From: Minisyncoccota bacterium
GTDB taxonomy: Bacteria > Patescibacteriota > Minisyncoccia > UBA6257 > JAAZHW01
Length of the DNA: 64,000 nucleotides
Direction: 5' to 3'
Assembly (NCBI GenBank): GCA_035369485.1
Contig: DAOSMC010000001.1
Coordinates: 2,283-66,282 of the forward strand
Part shown: positions 7,528-17,188 of the stretch, piece after piece
Layout of the letters: each line of letters starts with the position of its first letter
Numbering within the stretch: the first letter of the stretch is position 1
Notes under the pieces: generated by a model
What the model was told of the DNA's origin: nothing
The model's input: the letters and a program-made list of their open reading frames with translations, nothing else
Database searches by the model: none
Program-made: the position numbers and the translations under genes

Positions 7528-10080
7528 TTATTTTAAATCCGCTAGAGTTTCTCCTGTGTAATACTGAGCTTTTAACGGCACGGAAAGAAATTCATTTTGC
7601 TCCATTAAAGGAAGGAGATTGTTTATTGTCCATTCAACTTTGTTTTCTTTGACTTCAAAAATTAGCTCATCATGAATTTGCAAAATGAGACGGATATCGT
7701 CAATTGCATTTTCTTTTTGAAGAAAGTCATTAATTTTGATCATTGCTTTTTTAATGATGTCGGCGGCTAATCCTTGAATAGGGAAGTTGATAGCAGCGCG
7801 TTCGGCAAGGCTGCGGTATTTTTGATTGCCAGAGATCAAATCCCAAACCCAGCGAATGCGGCCGCTTAAAGTTTTAACGCAGCCAGTTTGTCGTGCTTCG
7901 GCCAAAGTTTTTTCTCTCCAGTCTTTAATATTGGCAAAATCATGATAATATTCTTCAATGAATTTTTTAGCTTGATCTTTTGGTATTTGAGCAGTTTCGC
8001 TAAATGCTTTAGCGCCCATCCCATAAAGAATGCCAAAATTTAATGTTTTGGCTTGGCGGCGCATTGCAGGCGTAACTTGATCAAGGGTGGTGTTATTTAT
8101 TTCTGCCGCTGTTAGAGCATGGATATCTTGGTCATTAAGAAAAGCCTCTTTCATTTTGGGATCATCGGCCAAAGAAGCTGCAATACGTAATTCAATTTGA
8201 GAATAGTCAAAACCAACAAATTGGTAGCCTTTTTCAGCAACGAAACCTTGTCTAATTTTTTTTGCCAATTCTCCTTCTATCGGAATATTTTGAAGATTGG
8301 GATTTTCTGAAGAGAGGCGACCAGTTGCTGTACCTGTTTGATTATAAGTGGTATGAATACGGCAATTTTCATCCATTAAAGATGGCAACGGTTCTAAATA
8401 AGTGCTTTTGAGTTTCATTAATTCGCGATATTGAAGAATTTTAGCGATAGCCGGATGGAGATCTTTAATTTTGATGAGTTCATTTTCACGAGTAGATAAA
8501 AGCCCAGTGGCAGTTTTAGAAAGATGTTTGTTGTTCAAATTAAGTTTTTGGAAAATTACTTGAGAAAGTTGTTTGGGGGAATTAATATTAAACTCCGAAT
8601 TCGTTAGCTCAAAAATCTCTTTTTCTAATTTTTGTAATTCGTGATTTAATTCATCGGTTAAGCGATAAAAATGATCCGGATTAATTTTAATGCCGAAATG
8701 CTCCATTTGCGCCAAAACATTAACGAGGGGCATTTCAATTTGTTGGAAGACATTTGTTAAAGCAAGCTCTTTGATTTTATTTACCTGCGCTGTTTTGATT
8801 TTTTTCAGGATTGTTAAAATATTATCGTTGGGAAGAGGGGTTTTGAAAATGATTTGCCAAATTCTTTGAAGGGAGTAATCTTTTAATTCAGAATTGATGA
8901 GCCATTGAGCAATTTTAATATCATGGTTTAAGTTGAGATTGTAATCATCAATTTGTTTTACAATATTTTTTAAATCATAACCCACGAGAGAAAATTGTTT
9001 AATTTTATTAAAGGAATTTTGATCTTTAGGTAAAGAAAAAAATTGATCGGCTACTAATAATTCTACATTCTTATTGAGATTAATAATGGCTTCGGCTTGA
9101 GTTGGCAGAGGATTTAATTTTTGTTCTGTTTGCCATTGAATAGAGGCTTGAGAGAAAGCGTTCTCTGGCGTATTGGTTTGGGACTCTTCGGGCATTAATT
9201 GATTTACAAGACTTTCAAATCGCCATTTTTTAAAAAGAGGAATGAGTGATTCTTTGTTAATGCCATTAAATTTTAAATCAGAAAGTTTTACTTCTAAAGG
9301 AGCATTGCAATTTAGAGTTGTTAAGTATTTACTAAAAAATGCTTGCTCTTTTTGATCTAAGAGCGCAGCTAAAGTTTTTGGTTTAATTAAGCGCGCTTCA
9401 GAAGTTTTCTGAAAATTTTCATTTTCAATTTTTTGGTAAAGGTTTTCTAAGGTTTCAAAATGTTTAATTAATTCAATAGCTGTTTTTTCTCCAATTCCTT
9501 TGACGCCCAAAATATTATCAGAAGGATCGCCTTTTAACGCCTTAAAATCAATTAACTGTTTAGGACTAAGGCCATAGCGTTCCTGTACTTCCTTTTCATT
9601 ATAAATAACGGTGTCTTGAATTCCTTTTTTCATTGTGTAAACCACTACTTTATCATCGTCTACTAATTGAAGAGTGTCCAGATCACCAGTGAGAATAATA
9701 ATTTTTAAATCTTTTTCGTTAGAGAATTTTTTGACAAGCGTGCCGATGAGATCATCGGCCTCATAACCGGGAATTTCGAAATATTTAATAGGAACGGCAC
9801 TAAAAAACTCTCTTACTTTATCAAACTGAGGAATAAGATTTTCATCAGTTTTTGGGCGAGTGGCTTTATATTCTTTATATTCTTTATGCCTAAAAGTAGG
9901 TTCGGCCAAATCGAAGCATGCCGCGAGATAATCAGGTTTAAATTCGCGGATAATTTTTAAAATAATGCGAATAGTGCCATACACTGCGCCAATAGGTTCA
10001 CCTTTAGGAGTGGTTAAATTTGGCAAAGCATGAAAGCAGCGATGGATTAACGCATGAGAATCAATAAGGATAAGAGTCAT
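7528..10080 (-). CDS. polA: DNA polymerase I
   Basis: 5'-3' exonuclease (LIDSHALIHR, YEADD, GDPSDNI) plus polymerase motifs (DYSQIELR, KTLNFGILYG, QIHDEL). Confidence 0.97.
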   Translation of the reverse strand: MTLILIDSHALIHRCFHALPNLTTPKGEPIGAVYGTIRIILKIIREFKPDYLAACFDLAEPTFRHKEYKEYKATRPKTDENLIPQFDKVREFFSAVPIKYFEIPGYEADDLIGTLVKKFSNEKDLKIIILTGDLDTLQLVDDDKVVVYTMKKGIQDTVIYNEKEVQERYGLSPKQLIDFKALKGDPSDNILGVKGIGEKTAIELIKHFETLENLYQKIENENFQKTSEARLIKPKTLAALLDQKEQAFFSKYLTTLNCNAPLEVKLSDLKFNGINKESLIPLFKKWRFESLVNQLMPEESQTNTPENAFSQASIQWQTEQKLNPLPTQAEAIINLNKNVELLVADQFFSLPKDQNSFNKIKQFSLVGYDLKNIVKQIDDYNLNLNHDIKIAQWLINSELKDYSLQRIWQIIFKTPLPNDNILTILKKIKTAQVNKIKELALTNVFQQIEMPLVNVLAQMEHFGIKINPDHFYRLTDELNHELQKLEKEIFELTNSEFNINSPKQLSQVIFQKLNLNNKHLSKTATGLLSTRENELIKIKDLHPAIAKILQYRELMKLKSTYLEPLPSLMDENCRIHTTYNQTGTATGRLSSENPNLQNIPIEGELAKKIRQGFVAEKGYQFVGFDYSQIELRIAASLADDPKMKEAFLNDQDIHALTAAEINNTTLDQVTPAMRRQAKTLNFGILYGMGAKAFSETAQIPKDQAKKFIEEYYHDFANIKDWREKTLAEARQTGCVKTLSGRIRWVWDLISGNQKYRSLAERAAINFPIQGLAADIIKKAMIKINDFLQKENAIDDIRLILQIHDELIFEVKENKVEWTINNLLPLMEQNEFLSVPLKAQYYTGETLADLK

Positions 10081-10119
10081 AAGAAAATTAAAATTCAAAA
10101 GATGGAGTCAAAAATAAAA

Positions 10120-10626
10120 TTATTTAAGTTTTTTAGTTTTGGGTTGGGATTTTATTTTTGAATTTTCAACTTTTGAATTAATTGTTATTTCTCTCTTATT
10201 TTTATCAACGACTTTGAAATTGATCCACAGAGTATTTTTTGGAAGTAGCTTTTTAATACGTTCTGGCCACTCAATAAAAACGAGATTTTTTGGATCCTGA
10301 ATAATTTTTTTAAAATCAAGAGTAAGAATTTCCTCCGCTTTTTCCAGACGATAACAATCAATATGGTAAAAATTTTTAAAATGGGGATTTTTTCGTAATG
10401 AAAAAGATTTAATGATTAAAAATGTGGGGCTTAAAATTCTGCCTTTGATTTTTAGAGATTTGCCTACGCCTTGAATAAAGGTGGTTTTGCCAGCGCCCAA
10501 ATTACCCTGTAGAGCAAAAATATGAGGTGGTGAAGATTTTTGGTCCAGTAGTGTTTTTACAAGAATTTGAGCAATTTTTTGAGTTTGGACTGGTGAATGA
10601 GAAAGAATTTTTAGGGAAGATTGCAT
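10120..10626 (-). CDS. tsaE: tRNA t6A biosynthesis ATPase TsaE
   Basis: GNLGAGKTT, SPTF, HIDCYRL, IEWPE; start reassigned to ATG 10626. Confidence 0.93.
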   Translation of the reverse strand: MQSSLKILSHSPVQTQKIAQILVKTLLDQKSSPPHIFALQGNLGAGKTTFIQGVGKSLKIKGRILSPTFLIIKSFSLRKNPHFKNFYHIDCYRLEKAEEILTLDFKKIIQDPKNLVFIEWPERIKKLLPKNTLWINFKVVDKNKREITINSKVENSKIKSQPKTKKLK

Positions 10627-10669
10627 TAAAGAAATTATACAATAAAAAGTTAAAAAACAAAATGACGAA

Positions 10670-10724
10670 AGGCGAAAGGGGCGGCGGAAAATTTCTTTGA
10701 AATTTTCCGCCGCCCCTTTCGCCT
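10670..10724. repeat. Palindrome family A copy 4 (between divergent tsaE and murA)
   Basis: AGGCGAAAGGGGCGGCGGAAAATTTC-TTT-GAAATTTTCCGCCGCCCCTTTCGCCT, 26-bp arms. Confidence 0.95.
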
Positions 10725-10795
10725 GTCGCAAATCGTTTTCAAATACCTATTTTTTTAATTTGCTTTTTTCTTTATTTTGTCTTAAATTAGAATTG

Positions 10796-12076
10796 ATGAG
10801 TCATTTTTTTGAAATTGAAGGAAGTAAAAAATTAAAAGGAGAAATTAAAGTATCAGGCACAAAAAATGGCGCACTGGCTATTTTACCAGCCTGTCTTTTA
10901 ACCGAGGAGCCTTGTGTGATTAAAAATATTCCGCTGCTTACTGACGTTTTAGTGATGGTTGATATTCTAAAGAATTTAGGGGCGGAAATAGAATGGTTAG
11001 ATGAAAGAACAATTCGTATTCAAGCAAAAAATGTTTTAAGTGATGCTGATACGAAATTAGTAAGAAAAATTAGAGCATCGTTTTTAGTGGCTGGTCCTAT
11101 TTTAGCGCGGATAGGCGAATTAAAAATTGCAAAACCCGGCGGTTGTCATATTGGCGCGCGCAGTTTAGATACGCATTTTGAGGGTTTTGCTGATTTGGGT
11201 GTTAAATCAGCTTTAGAAAGAGAAGAATCTGAAAAATATTATTTAAAAGCTCCAAAACAATTTAAACCAGCCATTGTTTCTTTAAATGAATTTAGCGTGA
11301 CAGCAACGGAAAATCTAATGATGTTAATGGCGAAGATTGAAGGAAAAAGCGAAATCCATTTAGCAGCTGCTGAACCGCATGTTCAAGAATTAGGCGAATT
11401 TTTAAAATCAATGGGCGCTGAGATTGAAGGATTGGGAACACATACCATTATTATTAAAGGCAAGCAAAAATTGAAAGGCGCAGAACATACCATTTGGCCT
11501 GATTATATTGAAGCGGGGACTTTTTTTAGTTTAGCTGCTACAACTAAAAGTAATCTTACTATTACCAATGTACCTGTTGCTTATTTAGAAATGGTCTTTC
11601 GTAAGTTGAAAAAAATGGGAGTTTCGTATAGAATAAAAGACAGCCAGGTTTTAATTGAGGGCAAAGATAGTTCTTTGAAAGCAGCCAAAATTCAAACATT
11701 ACCGTATCCAGGATTTCCAACTGATCTTCAAGCTCCTTTCGCGGTTTTAGCTACTCAAGCTAAAGGTGACAGTTTAATTTTTGATACATTATTTGAAGGC
11801 AGATTTAAATATGTTGATGAGTTAAATCAAATGGGAGCAAAAATTTTTCTTTGCGATCCGCACCGTATTCTTGTATCAGGTCCGACGCCGCTTTATGGAA
11901 CAAAAATCAAAAGTTTTGATTTACGTTCAGGAGCCACGCTGATTATTGCTGCCTTAGCGGCTCGGGGAAAAAGTCAGCTTCTAGGCATTGAAGAAGTAGA
12001 CCGCGGTTATGAAAAAATTGAAGAGCGGCTGCAAAAAATTGGTGCGAATATAAAACGAGTCGAGGCAGAATCATAA
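10796..12076 (+). CDS. murA: UDP-N-acetylglucosamine 1-carboxyvinyltransferase
   Basis: SGTKN, PGGCHIGAR, SVTATEN, PGFPTDLQ, DLRSG, DRGYE; start reassigned to ATG 10796. Confidence 0.96.
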   Translation: MSHFFEIEGSKKLKGEIKVSGTKNGALAILPACLLTEEPCVIKNIPLLTDVLVMVDILKNLGAEIEWLDERTIRIQAKNVLSDADTKLVRKIRASFLVAGPILARIGELKIAKPGGCHIGARSLDTHFEGFADLGVKSALEREESEKYYLKAPKQFKPAIVSLNEFSVTATENLMMLMAKIEGKSEIHLAAAEPHVQELGEFLKSMGAEIEGLGTHTIIIKGKQKLKGAEHTIWPDYIEAGTFFSLAATTKSNLTITNVPVAYLEMVFRKLKKMGVSYRIKDSQVLIEGKDSSLKAAKIQTLPYPGFPTDLQAPFAVLATQAKGDSLIFDTLFEGRFKYVDELNQMGAKIFLCDPHRILVSGPTPLYGTKIKSFDLRSGATLIIAALAARGKSQLLGIEEVDRGYEKIEERLQKIGANIKRVEAES

Positions 12077-12080
12077 TAAT

Positions 12081-13088
12081 ATGTTTATTAAAAAAATTGG
12101 AATTGATTTAGGGACTACAAATACATTGGTTTTTGTACCCAAAAAAGGCGTAATTATTTTTGAGCCAACTATTGTTGCTTATGATCTCAATGACAATAAG
12201 ATCTTAGCGGTGGGTAAGGAGGCAAAGGAAATGTTAGGACGTACGCCAGATGATATAGGAGCTTATCGGCCATTAAAAGACGGCGTGATTGCTGATTATA
12301 AAACGACCAAAATTATATTAAAGTATTTTATTTCTAAAGCCTTAGGTAGTTTTAATTTTTTTAAGCCCACTTTAATTATTTCTGGTCCAGCCGGTATTAC
12401 TTCTACAGAAAGGCGAGCGGTTATTAACGCAGCTTTGGAGGCGGGTGCGCGTGAAGTTTATCTTGTCCGCGAACCCATCTTGGCTGCTTTGGGGGCGGGA
12501 ATCCCCATTAATTCCGCTTCAGGTCATATGATTGTTAATATCGGAGGTGGCACTAGTGAAATTGCGGTGATTTCTTTGGGTGGCATTGTTTCGTGGGCCT
12601 CTTTAAGAATTGCAGGGAATAAATTTGATGAGGCGATAGTGAATTATATTCGAAAGAAATATAATTTAGCGATTGGCGATCAAACAGCAGAAAGAATTAA
12701 AATTGAAGCAGGCGCAGCTCTGCCTCAAAAAAACAAGATTGAAACCGAAGCAAAAGGACGTGATTTAACAACAGGGTTGCCACGTTCTGTGATCGTCAAT
12801 TCTAATGAAATTGCTGAAGCACTGGCTCCTCATTTGGAAGAAATTGCCGAAAGTATTCGTTCTGTATTTTTGAATACTCCACCAGAGTTAGCAGCGGATA
12901 TTATTGAAAAGGGAATTGTGATTGCTGGCGGCAGTTCATTGTTGCGAGATTTAGATTCATATATTTCGAAAGTTACGGGGGTGAATACTTTTCTAGCCGA
13001 AGATGCTTTGTATTGTGTAGCCAAAGGCACGGGCATTATTTTGGAACATTTGGATATTTACAAAAGAGCTCTAATGAGCAAGCGTTAA
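12081..13088 (+). CDS. Rod shape-determining protein MreB/Mbl paralog
   Basis: GIDLGTTN, PLKDGVIAD, IGGGTSE, GRDLTTGLP. Confidence 0.93.
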   Translation: MFIKKIGIDLGTTNTLVFVPKKGVIIFEPTIVAYDLNDNKILAVGKEAKEMLGRTPDDIGAYRPLKDGVIADYKTTKIILKYFISKALGSFNFFKPTLIISGPAGITSTERRAVINAALEAGAREVYLVREPILAALGAGIPINSASGHMIVNIGGGTSEIAVISLGGIVSWASLRIAGNKFDEAIVNYIRKKYNLAIGDQTAERIKIEAGAALPQKNKIETEAKGRDLTTGLPRSVIVNSNEIAEALAPHLEEIAESIRSVFLNTPPELAADIIEKGIVIAGGSSLLRDLDSYISKVTGVNTFLAEDALYCVAKGTGIILEHLDIYKRALMSKR

Positions 13089-13089
13089 A

Positions 13090-13839
13090 ATGAAAATAGA
13101 TCAATATTTCAAAAAAATTATTGAGCAAGATATAATTGATGGCGCTTGGCTTTTTTTAAGCATGGATGAGGAGATGCTTTTTCAAAAAAGTTTAAGTTTA
13201 GCCAAACAAGTTACTTCAGCATCTTATATTTATATTGTTTCCGAGAGCGAGCAATTGGAAGATTTTATTAAAAATAGCCATCAGGTTTTTGATCCGGCAA
13301 TAAAAAGCATTTTTGAAATTCAAAGATTGCTTTTTTTATCTAGTGATGAAAAAAAAGTGGTAATAGTTAAAATGATGGAAGATCTTTCTGAAGAAGCGCA
13401 AAACTCTTTGCTTAAAATCACCGAGGAACCGCCAGTGAATACTGCCTTCTTTTTTCTCAGCAAAGACGAGAATAGAGTATTGCCGACATTGCGTTCGCGT
13501 TTTCGGATAATTAAATTTCCTGAAAAAAATTCCTTTTACCAAAAACGCATTTCTTCGGAAATGAGAACGTTTCTACATTCTTCTCAGCCGCTCAATGTTT
13601 ATTTAGAAAATTTTTTGGAAGAGGATCCGGTAATTTTTTTAGAAAACTTAGTCATTGTTATGAGGGATGGCCTCTTGAATTCCTTAAATCTTGAGGAGTT
13701 AAAAATTACAAATGGAGAGGGAGAGGCAAATGTAAAAGATTTAAAAAACGCCCTTTACGCCTTAGAAGGTATTAAATATCATAATTTAAATTCTCGCCTG
13801 CAAATCGAAGATTTATTATTAAATATTAATAAAAATTAA
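13090..13839 (+). CDS. holB: DNA polymerase III delta-prime-like subunit (divergent)
   Basis: AQNSLLKITEEPP...LPTLRSR clamp-loader motif. Confidence 0.75.
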   Translation: MKIDQYFKKIIEQDIIDGAWLFLSMDEEMLFQKSLSLAKQVTSASYIYIVSESEQLEDFIKNSHQVFDPAIKSIFEIQRLLFLSSDEKKVVIVKMMEDLSEEAQNSLLKITEEPPVNTAFFFLSKDENRVLPTLRSRFRIIKFPEKNSFYQKRISSEMRTFLHSSQPLNVYLENFLEEDPVIFLENLVIVMRDGLLNSLNLEELKITNGEGEANVKDLKNALYALEGIKYHNLNSRLQIEDLLLNINKN

Positions 13840-13868
13840 TTTTTTTATTTTTGTTGCTAAAAGCCATG

Positions 13869-14008
13869 GGATCCTTCGGGCGTTACCCTCAGGATGACGT
13901 AAGAAGCGAAAGCCGAAGGATCCTTCGGACTAAAACCCTCAGGATGACAATGTATTGGTTTGTCATTCTGAGTGAAACCTGCCTGCCGGTTAGGTAGGTG
14001 AAGAATCT
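13869..14008. repeat. REP-like cluster: two direct GGATCCTTCGG..CCCTCAGGATGAC units and one inverted unit carrying a nested CCTGCCTGCCGGTTAGGTAGG palindrome
   Basis: Units at 13869-13898 and 13918-13948; inverted GTCATTCTGAG...GAAGAATCT at 13962-14008. Confidence 0.8.
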
Positions 14009-14035
14009 CATACTCAGCAGTGATGGTTAATAAGG

Positions 14036-14068
14036 CGGCGGCGAATTTCTTTTAGAAATTCGCCGCCG
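14036..14068. repeat. Palindrome family A copy 5
   Basis: CGGCGGCGAATTTCT-TTT-AGAAATTCGCCGCCG. Confidence 0.9.
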
Positions 14069-14186
14069 GTAAACCCTGTTTTATTTTTAAATTTTATGCC
14101 ACTGCTTTATTGCTAATTATAGAGTGAAAATTTGAGATTTACATTTTATTATATTATAATTATTATAGTCGTTAAAACATTTATTT

Positions 14187-14750
14187 ATGCCCATTAATCA
14201 ATTAATCGAAAAATTAAAAAAAGAAGGCGAATCTGTGATTGAAGGATTTCGGAACGAAATTTTAGGTGTTCGTTCTAATCGACCTCAGCCGGCTCTTATT
14301 GAAAATATTAAAGTAGAATGTCCTGTTTATGGTTCTATCCTGCCACTTAAACAATTGGCAACCATTCAAGTGAGTTTGCCCAATAGTTTAATTGTTCAAG
14401 TATGGGACAAAGTAAATGTTTCGGCTTGTGAGAAAGCTATTCAAGCATCTAATTTGGGGGTTTCTACAATAGTAGAAGGATCGCAAATTCGAGTTATTCT
14501 TCCGCCCTTATCTCAGGAAAGGCGAGATCAGATTTTCCAATTAATCAAGAAAAAATCAGAAGATACAAAAATTCGTTTACGTCTTTTAAGAGAAGATGTT
14601 TTGAAAGAAATAAAAGAGTTATTTGAACAAAAGAAAATTTCCGAAGATGATAAATATCGTAGCAAGGAGCAGATTGATAAATTAATGGATGATTTTAATC
14701 ATAAAATAGAGGAAATCGTTGAAGTCAAAAAAAAGGAGATTTACGAATAA
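14187..14750 (+). CDS. frr: Ribosome recycling factor
   Basis: VRSNR, VYGSILPLKQLA, PPLSQERR, ISEDD. Confidence 0.95.
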   Translation: MPINQLIEKLKKEGESVIEGFRNEILGVRSNRPQPALIENIKVECPVYGSILPLKQLATIQVSLPNSLIVQVWDKVNVSACEKAIQASNLGVSTIVEGSQIRVILPPLSQERRDQIFQLIKKKSEDTKIRLRLLREDVLKEIKELFEQKKISEDDKYRSKEQIDKLMDDFNHKIEEIVEVKKKEIYE

Positions 14751-14790
14751 AAGAAATTAATTTTTTCATAAAAAGAACCATTCTTTTTAT

Positions 14791-15867
14791 ATGAGTGCTA
14801 TTATTTTTATACTTTGTTTAGCTTTTTTAATTATTGTTCATGAATTTGGGCATTTTTTAGCAGCCAAAAAAAGTGGAATGAAAGTTGAAGAATTTGGAGT
14901 TGGATTGCCTCCTCGTATTTGGGGAACAAAAAAAGGGGAAACGATTTATTCGATTAATGCTTTGCCTTTTGGAGGCTTTGTAAAAATTTATGGAGAAGAT
15001 GGTTCTTATGAAAATGAAGAAAATAGTTTTTCAGCAAAAAAACCAGCTGTTCGATTAAAAGTTTTATTAGCAGGCATTGCAATGAATTTGATAGTTGGCA
15101 TTATTCTTTTGGGTGTTGGTTTTAATATTGGCATTCCTGCTCTTGCAACCGAAGATAATATGCCTTATTTACAAGATATCAAACTATCTATTTTAGAAGT
15201 TCAAAAAGATTCACCGGCAGCCATGGCTGGGCTCAAAACAGGCGATCGAATTTTAGAGGTGAGTCGCGGTGATGAAAAAATATCTTTGCCTACAGTTGAG
15301 GAATTGCAGTCGTTTACGAAAAAATGGGGCGGTGAAGAAATTAATTTAAAAGTTGAACGAGGGAAAGAATCTTTTGAAATTAAAGCAACGCCTCGTAAAA
15401 ACTTTGAAGAGAATCAAGGGGCTTTGGGTATTGCGATTGGCGAAACAGGAATACTTAAATACCCCTTTTTTCAAAGTATTTGGGAGGCCATCAAAGGAGG
15501 ATTTAGTATTTTTATTAATGTTTTTATAGGGCTTTTTCTTTTTTTGAAAAATTTAATTATTAATGGCCAAATGATGGGCGAAGTAGCTGGACCGGTTGGC
15601 ATAGTGGCTTTAGGGGGGCAGACGGTCAAAATGGGTATTGGATATTTGATTCAATTTTTAGCGACTTTGTCAATATATTTAGCCGCTTTTAATCTTATTC
15701 CTTTTCCGGCGCTTGATGGTAGCCGCGCGCTCTTTGTTTTAATTGAAAAAATTAGAGGGAAGGCTGTGCCCGCAAAAGTGGAAAATTTAATTCATTCTTT
15801 AGGTTTTGTTATTTTGATTGGTCTTGTTATTGTCGTTACTTTCCACGATATTTTAAACTTATTTTGA
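14791..15867 (+). CDS. rseP: RIP metalloprotease RseP (site-2 protease with PDZ domain)
   Basis: HEFGH, LPFGGFV, PDZ DSPA..AGLKTGD, NLIPFPALDG. Confidence 0.94.
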   Translation: MSAIIFILCLAFLIIVHEFGHFLAAKKSGMKVEEFGVGLPPRIWGTKKGETIYSINALPFGGFVKIYGEDGSYENEENSFSAKKPAVRLKVLLAGIAMNLIVGIILLGVGFNIGIPALATEDNMPYLQDIKLSILEVQKDSPAAMAGLKTGDRILEVSRGDEKISLPTVEELQSFTKKWGGEEINLKVERGKESFEIKATPRKNFEENQGALGIAIGETGILKYPFFQSIWEAIKGGFSIFINVFIGLFLFLKNLIINGQMMGEVAGPVGIVALGGQTVKMGIGYLIQFLATLSIYLAAFNLIPFPALDGSRALFVLIEKIRGKAVPAKVENLIHSLGFVILIGLVIVVTFHDILNLF

Positions 15868-15914
15868 GGTTAAAAATTGAAAAAAGAAAAAAAAGAATTA
15901 CAATATTAAGGACT

Positions 15915-17186
15915 ATGTTAGAATCAAAAGCATTTGTTTCAATTAATCGAGGAGCTGTTGAAGATGAAACAGCTTTGAATGCACAACTCCTGATAAGAGG
16001 AGGATTTGTTGAGAAGGTAATGCCGGGTATTTATGTTTATTTGCCTTTGGGCTGGCGGGTTTATAAAAAAATAGAAACAATAATTCGAACGGAAATGTTT
16101 AGAATAGGAAGTGAGGAAATTTTTCTTTCAGCGCTATTACCAAAAGAATTATGGATAAAGAGCGGACGATGGGAATCTTTTGGTGATATTCTGATGAAAG
16201 TCAATGATCGTGATGGCAGGGAATATGTTTTGGGCCCTACGCATGAAGAATTAATAGCAGAATTAGCTAAAAAATACATTTTGACATATAGAGATTTACC
16301 AAAAGCCATTTTTCAAATTCAAGAGAAATTTCGAGATGAACAAGAAGTACAATCAGGATTATTAAAAACTAAAGAATTTATAATGAAAGATTTGTATAGT
16401 TTTCATGCCACCCGACAAGACTTGGATTTTTTCTATGAGGAAATGAAAAAATCTTATATTAATATTTTTAATCAATGTGGTTTAAAATCTTATATTGTTG
16501 AAGCAGCCGGTGGTAATTTTACTGATGAGAATGTTCATGAATTTATGTTAAAAACAGAAGCAGGAGAAGAGACGACGGTTTTTTGTGAATTATGCGATTT
16601 TGCTCAGAACAAGCAATTGAAAGAAGCAGAAGGAAGAGATCAATGTCCTCGTTGTGGCGGTTTACTTAAAGAAGAAAAAACAGTGGAACTGGGAAATATT
16701 TTCAAACTTGGAACAAAATTTAGCGAAAACACAGGAGCGTATTTTGTTGATCGTGATGGCGAGAAAAAACCAATTTTAATGGGCTGCTATGGCATTGGCT
16801 TAAGCCGATTGATGGGAGTAATTGCTGAGGTTTATCATGATGAAAAGGGCTTGGTATGGCCTGTTTCCGTAGCTCCATGCCTCATTCATTTAATAAAAAT
16901 AAACGAGACGGATCCGAAAATTGATGCTAAGATAAAAAAGCAAGCAGATAAATTATATCAGCAATTGACTCGAAAGGGTTTCGAGGTTTTATATGATGAT
17001 CGAGTTGAGTTTACAAGCGGAGAGAAAATTGCGGAGGCTGACGCTATCGGAATTCCTTATCAAATAATAATAACTGCTAAAAACTTACAAAGGGAATTAG
17101 TAGAAATAAAAAGTCGAAATTCAGGGGAAAGCGAATTATTAAAAATATCGGCGGTCGGAAACTATTTTAAAAATATTAATCAATAA
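15915..17186 (+). CDS. proS: Proline--tRNA ligase, short form without INS editing domain
   Basis: GPTHEE, KFRDE..EFIMKDLYSF, MGCYGIG, C-terminal anticodon-binding domain; start reassigned to ATG 15915. Confidence 0.88.
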   Translation: MLESKAFVSINRGAVEDETALNAQLLIRGGFVEKVMPGIYVYLPLGWRVYKKIETIIRTEMFRIGSEEIFLSALLPKELWIKSGRWESFGDILMKVNDRDGREYVLGPTHEELIAELAKKYILTYRDLPKAIFQIQEKFRDEQEVQSGLLKTKEFIMKDLYSFHATRQDLDFFYEEMKKSYINIFNQCGLKSYIVEAAGGNFTDENVHEFMLKTEAGEETTVFCELCDFAQNKQLKEAEGRDQCPRCGGLLKEEKTVELGNIFKLGTKFSENTGAYFVDRDGEKKPILMGCYGIGLSRLMGVIAEVYHDEKGLVWPVSVAPCLIHLIKINETDPKIDAKIKKQADKLYQQLTRKGFEVLYDDRVEFTSGEKIAEADAIGIPYQIIITAKNLQRELVEIKSRNSGESELLKISAVGNYFKNINQ

Positions 17187-17188
17187 TT

